Below, piece after piece: positions 18,071-27,499 of a DNA stretch of 64,000 nucleotides. Position numbers and translations under genes: made by a program. The DNA comes from Candidatus Latescibacterota bacterium (GTDB lineage Bacteria; Latescibacterota; UBA2968; UBA8231). Each line of letters begins with the position of its first letter. The stretch's first letter is position 1. The DNA lies in the NCBI GenBank assembly GCA_965221775.1, contig CBDCSU010000006.1:2080001-2144000 (forward strand), read 5' to 3'. The notes beneath the pieces were generated by a model, which saw only the letters and a program-made list of their open reading frames with translations, searched no databases and was not told the origin of the DNA.

Positions 18071-21000
18071 ATGACCCTTCGCCCACGCCCCTGGCTCGTC
18101 CTCGCGGGAGCGGTGGCCGCCGCCGTCGCCGGCCCGCCGTCCGCCGCCGATCCCTCCGCCGCCGGACTGCGCCTCGTCGACTCCAACGCCGGGGGCCTCC
18201 GCCTCGTCCTCGAGGTGGAGCCCGGGATCGGTCCGGAGGGGCGGCGCATCGCGGCTCCGGGGCTGCCCCGGGGGGCCGGTCCGGGAGGGGTCGACCTGCC
18301 GTACGTGGCGGCCCTGGTGGCGGCCCCGCCCGGCGCCCGCCTGCGGCTGTCGGTGGTCTCCGAGGCGCACCAGGACTACCCAGGCGTGGAGCCGATGTCC
18401 GCGGACAGCCAGGCCGTGGTACTGGACCCGCGCCAAGTGGCGGCCCTCGCCCACACCGAGCCCCTCGGCCGGCTGCGCGGAACACCCGCCCACCGGCTGT
18501 GGCTGTTCCCGTGGCAGGTGGATCCGGCTTCCGGGAAGGTCCGAGTGCACCGCCGGCTGGTAGTGGATGTGGCCTTCGTCGGCGGGGGGGCCCACCGGCC
18601 CGCGCCTCTCCCCGATCCGCACGGCGACCTCCTTCGAGGCGCCTTCATCAACCCGCCCCCATCCGCCTGGGCGGCTCCGCGTCCGGCGGCGCGTCCGGCC
18701 GCGGCCAAGAGCTGGTACGACCCGGCGCAATCGTGGATCAAGCTCCTCGTGCCGGCCGACGGCGTGTACCGCATCACGCCGGGGTGGGAGCCGTTCTCGC
18801 ACCATGAGGCGGAATCGATCGATCCGCGCACATTCCGGCTGTTGCGCGGCGGTGGCGAGATCCCCCTGGTGGTGCGCGGCGGCGGCGACGGGTCCTTCGA
18901 CGCCGGCGACGAGCTGCTGTTCTACGGGCGCTACCGGCGCGCGGTCACCGCCGGGCAGGAGCGGGACCACGAGAGCGAGTACGGCCCGGAGGAGACGTAC
19001 TGGCTCACCTGGGGCGGCGCCCCCGGCCGCCGCTACGAGGAGCGGGACGCCGCCCCGGACCGCGGCTACCCTCAGAGGGAGTGGTACCTGCACGCGGCGC
19101 ACCACGAGATCGACCGCAGCTTCGACCAGCTCGGGTTCGCCACCGACCTGCAGATGGACCGCTGGTTCTGGCAGCCGCCCCAGGACGCGCTGACCGCCAC
19201 CGAGCCGGACACGCCCTCCAGCCAGACCTTCGCGGGGGACATCACCGCCATCCACGAGGGGGAGGAGTACGAGGCGCGCGTGGAGGTCGCCCTCCAGGGC
19301 CGGACGGGAGAGGGGTTCGGCGAGCACCACACGGTGGTGCACTTCAACTGGACCGGCGCCGACTCGCGGGTCCTCGAGGAGGCCTACTGGGTGGGGCAGG
19401 TGCCGCGCGTCATCGACGCCTCCGTGCCCTCCGGCTGGCTGAAGCCGCGCAACCGGGTGCTGCTGCAGGGGTACGCCGACCGCATCAAGGTCGACCAGAT
19501 CTGGTTCAACTGGTTCCGGGTCACCTACCGCCGCCGGTTCGACGCCGATCCGGGATTCCTGGCGGCGTCGGCCGAGGCCGCCCCGGAGGGCCACCGCATC
19601 ACCGTGGAGGGGTTCCGGCACCCGGAGGTGGTGCTCCTCGACGCCGCCAACGGCGCGCTCCTGAAGGGGGCGGCGGTCACCGCCGCCGACACCTCCTTCC
19701 AGGCGACCTTCGAGGACGCTCCCGCCTCGCCGCCCCTCTACGTCGCGGCCGACAGCCTCTCCCTGCGGGAGCCGGTGGGCATCGCAGACACGCCCTCCGA
19801 CTGGGCCTCGGGGACGCACGGCGCCGACTACGTGATCCTCTCCCACCCGGAGTTCCTCGACGCCGCGCAACGCCTCGCCGGCCACCGTCGCGGCCACGGG
19901 TTGCGGGTCGCCGTCGTCTCCACCGAGGACGTGTACGACGAGTTCAGCTTCGGCCGCGTCCAGCGCGAGGCGGTGGCCGACTTCATCCGTCACGCCTACG
20001 AAGCCTGGGCGCCGCGTCCGGCTTTCGTCACCCTCCTCGGGGACGCGACCTGGGACTACCGGGGGGTCTACACCGGCAAGCCGAAGCGGACGCTCGTGCC
20101 CACCCGCTACTACCTGGCGCGGGAACGGGGGTTCTCGCCCTCCGACTACCGCCTCGCCCTGGTCGACGGCGACGATCTGCTGGCCGATCTGTCCGTGGGG
20201 CGGCTGGCCGTCGACTCGGCGGAGGAGGCGGAGCGGGTGGTGGACAAGATCATCGCCTACGACTCCGACCCCGAGCCGGGGGACTGGCGCAGCCGCTCGG
20301 TCTTCGCCGCCAACTGGCACGCCAAGGACGAGTTCTCCGGCCCCCTCGACTCGCTCGCGGCGCGCTACACGGAGCCGGCGGGCCTGCAGTCGGTGCGCAT
20401 CTACGCCCCCGACGAGGCGCCCCTGCCCAACCCGCGCGGCAAGGCCTTCGTCGACGCCCTCAACGACGGCGCGCTGATCGTCAACTTCTCCGGCCACGGC
20501 GCCGCGGGGGCGATGCAGTACCTGTTCTCCACCGGCTTCCCGGACTGGGAGTACCTGAACCAGGTGCGCAACGGCGGCCGCCTGCCCCTGATCCTGGCCC
20601 TCTCCTGTCTCAACGGGCTCTTCACCCTGCCCACCGAGGAGGCCCTGAGCGAGCTGATGACGGAGCACGAGGAGGGCGGCGCCATCGCCTTCATCTCCGC
20701 CACCGCCCTGTCGCGGGCGGCCCAGAACCGGCTGCTCAGCGACCAGCTCTACAGCCTGATTTTCACCGAGGGCCGGCTGCGCTTCGGTCCCGTCCTCGAC
20801 GCCGCCAAGGCGCGGGTCCTGGCGGCCCACTCCAGCTACCGCGACGCGGTGGAGACGATGCAGCTCATCGGTGATCCGGCCCAGGAACTGGCCCTGGCGC
20901 CGGGCGCCGACTACGCCGCCGCCGACCTGGCCGTCCACGGCGGGAGGGTGACCACCGGCGCCACGGTGACGGTCACGGGCCGGTTCCGCAACAACACCCG

Positions 21001-23632
21001 CCTCGGCGCCGACAGCCTCACCGTCGCCCTCTTCGGCGAGGCACCGGGAGCGGCCCCCGACACCCTCTGGGTGCAGCGGCGCGGTCCCTTCGCCGGCAGT
21101 GACAGCCTGCGCTTCGACTGGGCCGTGGGCGACCGCCGCGGGCTCTACCTCCTCTCCCTGATCGTCGACGCCAACGACCAAGTGGAGGAAGCCGACGAGA
21201 GCGACAACCGTCTCGACCTCTCCCTCCACATCCTCGATGCCCGTGCCGCCTCTGCCCTGTCTCCGCCCGACGGCGGCGTGGCGCCCGCCGCGGCGCTGCG
21301 CGCGCTCACCCCGGTGGACGCCTCGGGCGGGTCGGCCGGCCTGGCCTGCGAGTTCGCCCTCTCCACCGAGCCCGGTTTCCCCGACTCGGCCACGGCGTGG
21401 TCGCCGCTGGTCCCGGCCCGGCAGGGCCTGGCGGAGCACGCCTTCGAGGGGTTCGCGGCGCCGCCGGGGTCATCCCTCTACTGGCGGGTGCGGCTGGTGG
21501 ACGATGCCGTCCCCGGTCCGTGGTCGGCGGTGCGGACCTTCGCGCTGGATTCCTTGCCCCCCGGGGCCGCGGACGGCCTGTGGAGGAGCCGCGGGCCTCA
21601 ACTCCTGGCCCTCGGCGAGTCGGGGGGCGGTCTCGTCGCCGAAGGGGGCGCCGTCGCCCTTTCTGCCTCGCGGCCGGCCTTCCGCCCCTCGGCGGCCACC
21701 CGCGAGGACGGCTTCACCGTCGGCGAGCTGGAAGGCGCCGGGATCGTGGCCACGGACGGGGAGCACCTCTACGCAAAGCGCTGGTTCAACGACCCCTCCA
21801 CCCGCTACGCCGGCACCGACTACTTCGCCCGCATCGGCACCGGCTTCGGCGGCACCGAGCGCGGCCGGTTCTACGGGTTCCTGCCCGACTCGACCTCCGG
21901 CGGCATCTCCGCCACCGGCCACTCCGACGGCTACCTCTACTGCGACGCCGGACGGACCTTCGAGCTGGAGCGTCTGGACCCGCGCACGGGCCGGCTCGAC
22001 ACGGTGCGGGTCCCCGACGGCCTGGTCGACTGGAAGACGGGGCAGGTCGTGGAGGAGCCGGCGGAAGGACAGGTGATCCACGCCCTGATCACCTCCGACG
22101 GCCGCTACGTGTACAACGTCTCCATGAGCTCCGCCGTGGGCATGCGCGTCGGCTGGCGGGTCCGCGTCTTCGAGCCGGAAGCGGACTGGCGGCTGGTGCG
22201 CGAGTTCGTGGCGCCGCCCACGGAGACGGGCTTCACCTATAAGTGGACCGACGGGATCCTGGCCGACGGCGAGCGTCTCTACCTGATCGAGTACGCCGGC
22301 CGCCGCCGCATCCGCGCCGTGAGCGCCCTGGACGGCACCTTCATCGACGAGTGGACCTCGGACCAGGAGGAGACGGGGAGCCTCGCCGGCCAGTACGACT
22401 GGGTGAACGACAAGGTCTGGCTGGCCGATCTCGGCGCCGTGGTGCGGCCGGGGCAGCCGCTGGACAAGACCGGCGCCTCCCTGTTCCGCTACGGGCGCCA
22501 CGGCCGCAGGCAGCCGGCCCGCCTGTGGTCGCCGGCCATCGGACCGGCCGCGGCCTGGGGGACCCTGACCGTCGACGGGCGCGGCGTGAAGGTGAGCGTC
22601 CAGGCTCCCGCGGAGGACGGCGGCTGGGCGGATCTCCCCGGACGGGAGGTGGCGGCCCCCGGCTCGGTGGACCTCTCCGGCCTCGAGGCGGAGCGCTTCC
22701 GGCGGCTGCGCCTGGCGGCGCTCGTGGACACCGCGGCCGGCGCCCGCCTCTCGGAGTGGCGGGTGAGCTACACGGGTCTGGCCGACCTGGAGGTGGCCGC
22801 CGCCGAGGCCGGCGAGGGGGTGGTCCGGGCGGCGGTCCGCAACCGGGGCGCGGTGCCGTCGGCGCCGGCGTCCCTCCGCCTGGAGGGGAGGAAAGGGGAA
22901 CCGCTCCGGGAGCGCCGGCTGCCGGCCCTGCCGGCCGGGGAGCTGGTGGCCGCCGTCTTCGACTCGCTGGGCCCTCTGCCGGCGGGGGCCCGGGTGCGGG
23001 TCCTGTACGAGGGGACCGACGCCGACCTAGGGAACGACGCCTTCGTCCTGGCCCTCCAGGGTCCGCGGCTGATCTTTCGGACCTGGCCGGGGGGCCACCG
23101 GCTGCAGAGCGGGGACGCCCTCGGCACCCGGGCGCTGTGGGTCGAGGCGGACGGCCCGGGGCGCATCGAGCTCGCCGTGGACGGCTCACCGGTGGCGGCG
23201 GACTCGACGTGGACCACCGCCGCCGCCGCCAGCGCCCTCTACCGGCCGGCCGAGGGCCTGCAGCAGGTGGAGGCGAGACTGGTGGACGACGGAGGAGAGC
23301 TCGCCGTGTCGCGCATCGATCTCCTGGTCGGCCGGGGCCTCCACGCCGCCAACGTCCTCGTGCACCCCCACCCGGTGCCCGGGGAGGGCGCCGCCTTCAC
23401 CTTCTTCCTGTCGGGGGAAGCCGAGGTCGGCGTCGATCTGTACGCGCTCGGCGGCCGCCGCATCCGCCGCCTGGGACCCGTTCCCTTCGGAGCCGGTTTC
23501 GGTCAGCTATGGTGGGACGGCCGTGACGGGGGGGGCCGCTCGCTGGCCAACGGCACCTACCTCTACGTGCTGACGGCGACGGCCGGCGGTGAACGCGTCC
23601 ACCATCGCTCCGCCATCTTCGTGGGGCGCTGA
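18071..23632 (+). CDS. Secreted C25 family (gingipain/PorU-like) cysteine peptidase with propeptide, CARDB-like, propeller and FlgD/T9SS-type C-terminal domains
   Basis: Signal peptide; ADYVILSH, EDVYDEFSFG, LLGDAT, VGRLAV, NFSGHG (His), LSCLNG (Cys), LIGDPA, VDANDQVEEADESDN, WDGRDGGGRSLANGTYLY. Confidence 0.88.
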   Translation: MTLRPRPWLVLAGAVAAAVAGPPSAADPSAAGLRLVDSNAGGLRLVLEVEPGIGPEGRRIAAPGLPRGAGPGGVDLPYVAALVAAPPGARLRLSVVSEAHQDYPGVEPMSADSQAVVLDPRQVAALAHTEPLGRLRGTPAHRLWLFPWQVDPASGKVRVHRRLVVDVAFVGGGAHRPAPLPDPHGDLLRGAFINPPPSAWAAPRPAARPAAAKSWYDPAQSWIKLLVPADGVYRITPGWEPFSHHEAESIDPRTFRLLRGGGEIPLVVRGGGDGSFDAGDELLFYGRYRRAVTAGQERDHESEYGPEETYWLTWGGAPGRRYEERDAAPDRGYPQREWYLHAAHHEIDRSFDQLGFATDLQMDRWFWQPPQDALTATEPDTPSSQTFAGDITAIHEGEEYEARVEVALQGRTGEGFGEHHTVVHFNWTGADSRVLEEAYWVGQVPRVIDASVPSGWLKPRNRVLLQGYADRIKVDQIWFNWFRVTYRRRFDADPGFLAASAEAAPEGHRITVEGFRHPEVVLLDAANGALLKGAAVTAADTSFQATFEDAPASPPLYVAADSLSLREPVGIADTPSDWASGTHGADYVILSHPEFLDAAQRLAGHRRGHGLRVAVVSTEDVYDEFSFGRVQREAVADFIRHAYEAWAPRPAFVTLLGDATWDYRGVYTGKPKRTLVPTRYYLARERGFSPSDYRLALVDGDDLLADLSVGRLAVDSAEEAERVVDKIIAYDSDPEPGDWRSRSVFAANWHAKDEFSGPLDSLAARYTEPAGLQSVRIYAPDEAPLPNPRGKAFVDALNDGALIVNFSGHGAAGAMQYLFSTGFPDWEYLNQVRNGGRLPLILALSCLNGLFTLPTEEALSELMTEHEEGGAIAFISATALSRAAQNRLLSDQLYSLIFTEGRLRFGPVLDAAKARVLAAHSSYRDAVETMQLIGDPAQELALAPGADYAAADLAVHGGRVTTGATVTVTGRFRNNTRLGADSLTVALFGEAPGAAPDTLWVQRRGPFAGSDSLRFDWAVGDRRGLYLLSLIVDANDQVEEADESDNRLDLSLHILDARAASALSPPDGGVAPAAALRALTPVDASGGSAGLACEFALSTEPGFPDSATAWSPLVPARQGLAEHAFEGFAAPPGSSLYWRVRLVDDAVPGPWSAVRTFALDSLPPGAADGLWRSRGPQLLALGESGGGLVAEGGAVALSASRPAFRPSAATREDGFTVGELEGAGIVATDGEHLYAKRWFNDPSTRYAGTDYFARIGTGFGGTERGRFYGFLPDSTSGGISATGHSDGYLYCDAGRTFELERLDPRTGRLDTVRVPDGLVDWKTGQVVEEPAEGQVIHALITSDGRYVYNVSMSSAVGMRVGWRVRVFEPEADWRLVREFVAPPTETGFTYKWTDGILADGERLYLIEYAGRRRIRAVSALDGTFIDEWTSDQEETGSLAGQYDWVNDKVWLADLGAVVRPGQPLDKTGASLFRYGRHGRRQPARLWSPAIGPAAAWGTLTVDGRGVKVSVQAPAEDGGWADLPGREVAAPGSVDLSGLEAERFRRLRLAALVDTAAGARLSEWRVSYTGLADLEVAAAEAGEGVVRAAVRNRGAVPSAPASLRLEGRKGEPLRERRLPALPAGELVAAVFDSLGPLPAGARVRVLYEGTDADLGNDAFVLALQGPRLIFRTWPGGHRLQSGDALGTRALWVEADGPGRIELAVDGSPVAADSTWTTAAAASALYRPAEGLQQVEARLVDDGGELAVSRIDLLVGRGLHAANVLVHPHPVPGEGAAFTFFLSGEAEVGVDLYALGGRRIRRLGPVPFGAGFGQLWWDGRDGGGRSLANGTYLYVLTATAGGERVHHRSAIFVGR

Positions 23633-23669
23633 TCCTGGAAACGGGGAACGTCCTGGCGCCCGGCCGCGA

Positions 23670-23966
23670 TCACTCGCCGCGGCGGATGGCCTCGATCTTC
23701 TCGTCGCGCTCGGCGAACAACCCGTCGCGGACGGACTTCATCTCTTCCTGAAGCTGTTGCCGCTGCTCGGCGGCGGCCTGCGGATCCTCTCCGCCCCCGG
23801 CCTTCTCGATCCGCTGGCGGAGGACGATCTCCTGCTCGGCCCACCGGGCCTCGTAGGTCTTGCGGGTCTCGTCGATGGCGGCGATCTGCTCGGGGCTGAG
23901 CCTGGCGCGGTCCTTGTCGACGAGGGACTCCGACTTTTCAAGGGCCAGCTCGAGTGCTGATTTCAT
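23670..23966 (-). CDS. Small coiled-coil hypothetical protein
   Basis: GGAG RBS; MKSALELALEK...RDEKIEAIRRGE, 98 aa. Confidence 0.75.
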   Translation of the reverse strand: MKSALELALEKSESLVDKDRARLSPEQIAAIDETRKTYEARWAEQEIVLRQRIEKAGGGEDPQAAAEQRQQLQEEMKSVRDGLFAERDEKIEAIRRGE

Positions 23967-24074
23967 CGTCACGTCTCCAGTCGGGCAGTGTGGTAGCCGT
24001 CTTCTGCAACGTAGCGCGAGAAGAAACAACGTGCCAGGATCACCGCTGGCGGGGACGGTCTTCCTGAGGGGCTG

Positions 24075-24103
24075 TTGACAGGGACCACTGGCAAGGGCAT
24101 TGT
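24075..24103 (+). promoter_or_regulatory. Putative sigma70 promoter of the low-GC gene pair
   Basis: TTGACA (24075-80), 17 bp, CATTGT (24098-103). Confidence 0.45.
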
Positions 24104-24178
24104 GGGAGAGAGGTCCCCGCAGCGTCAAAGTTCCCGTCCTCACCCGCGCGGATCTCTTCTCTTGGAGGAGATGCCACT

Positions 24179-24916
24179 ATGAGTGCTCTGACTCTTGAAT
24201 TCAGCCCCGCAGTGGGCAACCGCCTGGAATTCGATCACCTGATTGCCCAATGCAGGGCCCTCCTGGATCTCTTGGACTGTACTGAGCCAGGTGGCAAATG
24301 GAGCGTTGCTCAGTTGAGTTACTCCAGCCCGGCCAAGGTGGTCATTGAACCCCAAGATCCGGAGAAAGCCGACGGAAGCACGTTCTTGAGTGTACTGAAC
24401 AGCATCGTCGGTGAGCACCGCGTTCCTGTCCAACTGGACCACAACGGCCGATCCAAGTTCCAGAAGGTACTGGGCAATGCCAACAGGGTGAGGACGGTCG
24501 TTTCCAATCCTTATCGACGGGTCAGCATAACCGAGGAAGCAAGCTTCCCGCTTGAAGGGGAATACAGAGGCAAGACAGTGTCCATAGGGCGGGTCAAGGG
24601 TAGATTGCAGGGCATCAACACCCATGGCAAAGAGGAAATCCGGATCTACCCGATGGCTGGACCCGCGGTGGTCGAGTGCAAGATTCCCCAAGAGATGATA
24701 CAACAGGCAGGGGCGGCCATTGATCGCTATGTCGTCGTCACAGGAAAGAAGATCTACAGGTCCGGCGAAGTGTTCCCTCATCGCATTGAAGTGTCCGACA
24801 TGCAAGTCCTGGAAACCCCTCCAACATGGGAGGATCTCCGAGGGAGCGCCCCGGGAATGACGGGCGGCAAGCCATCTGAAGAGTACGTCAGGGAACTGCG
24901 TGATGCAGGAGAGTAG
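24179..24916 (+). CDS. Hypothetical protein, probable antitoxin partner of the downstream PIN protein
   Basis: GGAG RBS; low GC; C-terminus WEDLRGSAPGMTGGKPSEEYVRELRD resembles VapB-type acidic tails; overlaps the PIN gene. Confidence 0.65.
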   Translation: MSALTLEFSPAVGNRLEFDHLIAQCRALLDLLDCTEPGGKWSVAQLSYSSPAKVVIEPQDPEKADGSTFLSVLNSIVGEHRVPVQLDHNGRSKFQKVLGNANRVRTVVSNPYRRVSITEEASFPLEGEYRGKTVSIGRVKGRLQGINTHGKEEIRIYPMAGPAVVECKIPQEMIQQAGAAIDRYVVVTGKKIYRSGEVFPHRIEVSDMQVLETPPTWEDLRGSAPGMTGGKPSEEYVRELRDAGE

Positions 24917-25371
24917 ACCGAGGCGTGTCTATTTTGACTCATGTGTGTTCATCTCCCACTTGCAGGATGGGGAGGATAGGCCAAACGAAGAGGAAAAGAG
25001 AGTCCTGGCATCGGTTGGATCGGAGGTCCGGAAGGGCAGAATCCACATAGTCCTGTCTACCATCGTGTACACCGAGGTCATACGGAAGAGTGATCGGAGT
25101 GGTATGGCCGAGTTCGGCCGCTACATCGAGACGTCACCCGAGACGTCCGAGGTTGAACCAAGCGCCAGGATATGTACGAAGGCAGGAGAAATCCGTTTGC
25201 AGTATGAAAAGAACAATGGGCACACCGGACGCCATTCACCTGGCTACGGCGATCTTGTGGGAGGTTGGTGCCTTCTTCACCTACGAAGGCCGCCTGCTTC
25301 GCCTGGACGGCAAAATAGACGGCCTGAAGATCGAGAAGCCGAACGTCCCTCAAATGGAACTGGATGTGTGA
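24903..25371 (+). pseudogene. PIN-domain (VapC-like) nuclease, split by a +1 frameshift near 25207-25210
   Basis: N-half RVYFDSCVFI...STIVYTEV...AGEIR in one frame; C-half TPDAIHLATA...FFTYEGRLLRL in the +1 frame. Confidence 0.78.
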
Positions 25372-25409
25372 CGGTCCCCCGCTGTTAGGTAAACGAGGGA
25401 GCAATCGCC

Positions 25410-25859
25410 ATGAACCGCAGATGGGAGATCTACCTCTCCGGGGAGATCCACAGCGACTGGCGCGAGCGCATCCGCGCCGGCGCCGAAGAGGCGGGGCTGC
25501 CCGTCGACTTCACCTGTCCGGTCACCGATCACGGCGCCAGCGACGACTGCGGGGTATCGATCCTCGGTCCGGAGGAGAAGGCCTTCTGGAAGGACCGCAA
25601 GGGCGCCGGCCTCAACGCCATCCGCACACGCACGCTGCTGCGCCGGGCGGACGCGGTGGTGGTCCGCTTCGGGGACCGCTACCGGCAGTGGAACGCCGCC
25701 TTCGACGCCGGTTTCGCCGCGGCCCTCGGCAAACCGCTGATCGTCCTCCACGACGCCGGCCTCACCCATCCCCTGAAGGAGGTCGACGCCGCGGCTCTGG
25801 CCGTGGCCGAGGAGCCGGAGCAGGTGGTGGAGGTGCTGCGCTACGTGACCACGGACTGA
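25410..25859 (+). CDS. ytoQ: YtoQ family protein
   Basis: IYLSGEIHSDWRE, HGASDDCG, VVRFGDRYRQWNAAFDAG, HPLKEVDAAA. Confidence 0.9.
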   Translation: MNRRWEIYLSGEIHSDWRERIRAGAEEAGLPVDFTCPVTDHGASDDCGVSILGPEEKAFWKDRKGAGLNAIRTRTLLRRADAVVVRFGDRYRQWNAAFDAGFAAALGKPLIVLHDAGLTHPLKEVDAAALAVAEEPEQVVEVLRYVTTD

Positions 25860-25874
25860 TTCGGCGGCGGCGGC

Positions 25875-26474
25875 TCAGAGCCCCGGGAGGCGGCGCAGGT
25901 CCCGCCCCCAGGTGAAGCCGATGTAGATGAACTCGCGGCCCATGGCCAGTCGCGCGCCGATGGCGTTGCCCGTGGGGGAGGGGAAGAACATGCCGATGGT
26001 GCCGTACACGGTGCGCGGCTCCTGGCCGCGCCAGCCCGGGCCGAGGTGGAGCACCCCCGGCCGGTCGGCGACGTAGACCATCTCCACCGGCAGCAGACTG
26101 AGATCGACGGAGAAGGAACGCAGGGTGTTGGTCTTGCCCCGGCAGAGGCGGTAGGGGACCAGATCCCCGGTCACCGTGTCGAGGCAGACGTCGTAGCCCC
26201 GGTAGAAGCGGGGCCGGTAGCGGATCTCCTTGGACTGCAGCAGGGCGAAGTCGGCGACGGTGACCGTGGCCATCACGTGGTGGCGCGGGGCGAGGGCGGT
26301 CAGGCCGAGAGGGATGTCGAGGCCCGTGCCGGGCTCGAGATCGACGACCCCGAGGCCGGCGGTGAGGAAGAGCCCGGCCGGCAGGGACGGGTTCTCGACG
26401 ACGAGGGGTTCGGCGCCGGCGGCGGTCGGGCCGAGGAGTAGGAGGGCGGCCAGATGAAGCACCCGGCGCCGCAT
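25875..26474 (-). CDS. Hypothetical secreted/outer-membrane protein
   Basis: Signal peptide MRRRVLHLAALLLLGPTAAGA; alternating beta-strand pattern. Confidence 0.65.
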   Translation of the reverse strand: MRRRVLHLAALLLLGPTAAGAEPLVVENPSLPAGLFLTAGLGVVDLEPGTGLDIPLGLTALAPRHHVMATVTVADFALLQSKEIRYRPRFYRGYDVCLDTVTGDLVPYRLCRGKTNTLRSFSVDLSLLPVEMVYVADRPGVLHLGPGWRGQEPRTVYGTIGMFFPSPTGNAIGARLAMGREFIYIGFTWGRDLRRLPGL

Positions 26475-26659
26475 GAACGGCCGGGGACCTCCGGGCCTAG
26501 GGCGGCCCGGGCTCGCGCTGGGTCTTGTTGATTCGATCAGGAGGCTGGCTTGTCGCGGGGCCGGGGAGGGGGCCGGGACGCGGTGCCCGGATGGGGAAGT
26601 ACGATACTCGGCCCCCTGGACGCGGGCAAGGCGGACGGCCGCCGCCGCGGGGACGCGTC

Positions 26660-27499
26660 TCATCGACGCAGGGCAGCCATCATCTCCCGGTAGCGGGGCC
26701 CCTGCCGGCGCTGCGGCAGATCCCCGCCCATCCGGTCGATGCGCCGCTGCAGGCGCTCGATGCGCTCCGCCGTGGCCGGGTGCGTGGCCAGCAGCCCCCC
26801 GAGGGGGCGGGACGAGCCTCCTTCCACCGACTGCAGGCCCTGGAACATGCGCACCATGCCGCGGGGGTCGTAGCCGGCCGCCGTGAGATAGCGCAGGCCG
26901 AGGTCGTCGGCCTGGAGCTCGTCCTCGCGGCTGAAGCCGGCCATCCCGACCCCGCCGGCAAAGTCCGCGGCGGCGGCGGCGAGCCGCTCGGGATCCTCTC
27001 CGAGGGCGATGGCCGCCACCACCTGCAGCCCCAGCTTCGCGGCGAGCTGGTTGGCCGAGTGGCGGGCCACCACGTGGCCCAGTTCGTGTGCCAGCACGCT
27101 GGCCAGCTCGGACTCGTCGCCGGCGAGGAGCATGAGGCCGGTGAAGACGTAGGTGGGGCCGCCGGGGAGGGCGAAGGCGTTGACCTGGTCCGGGTCGTCG
27201 AGGACGGTGACCTGGTAGTCGATGCCGGGCCGGTCGCGCCAGGCCTGCTCGATGAGGGGCTTGGCCAGGAACCGCACGTAGCGCTGGATCTGCCGGTCCC
27301 GCAGGACGCGGTGCTCGGCCTCGATCCGGGCGGCCAGTCGGCGCCCGAGATCGACCTCGGTCTGCACCGGCACCAGGGTGTCCCCCAGGAACTGCCGCAA
27401 GGAGGCGCAGCCGCCGGAGCCCGCGGCGGTCAGGATCGCCGCTGCGAGGACCGCGGCGGCCGGGGCCCGCAGGCGAAGTCGGGTGTGCTTCATGGTCAT
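26660..27499 (-). CDS. M48 family metallopeptidase, probable lipoprotein
   Basis: NAFALPGG, AHELGH, FSREDELQAD, GYDP, LATHP; signal peptide ending ..GGC. Confidence 0.92.
   Translation of the reverse strand: MTMKHTRLRLRAPAAAVLAAAILTAAGSGGCASLRQFLGDTLVPVQTEVDLGRRLAARIEAEHRVLRDRQIQRYVRFLAKPLIEQAWRDRPGIDYQVTVLDDPDQVNAFALPGGPTYVFTGLMLLAGDESELASVLAHELGHVVARHSANQLAAKLGLQVVAAIALGEDPERLAAAAADFAGGVGMAGFSREDELQADDLGLRYLTAAGYDPRGMVRMFQGLQSVEGGSSRPLGGLLATHPATAERIERLQRRIDRMGGDLPQRRQGPRYREMMAALRR

Noticed and set aside
14606-21439. 2277-aa minus-strand ORF and other very long shadow ORFs (e.g. 7484-10072, 58733-61780, 30146-32569)
   Set aside because: Antisense or alternate-frame mirrors of well-supported genes; expected in GC-rich DNA with few stop codons; no motifs.
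24022-24036. Sigma54 promoter upstream of the 98-aa gene (minus TGGCACGTTGTTTCT)
   Set aside because: Good -24 element, but the -12 GC is replaced by CT.
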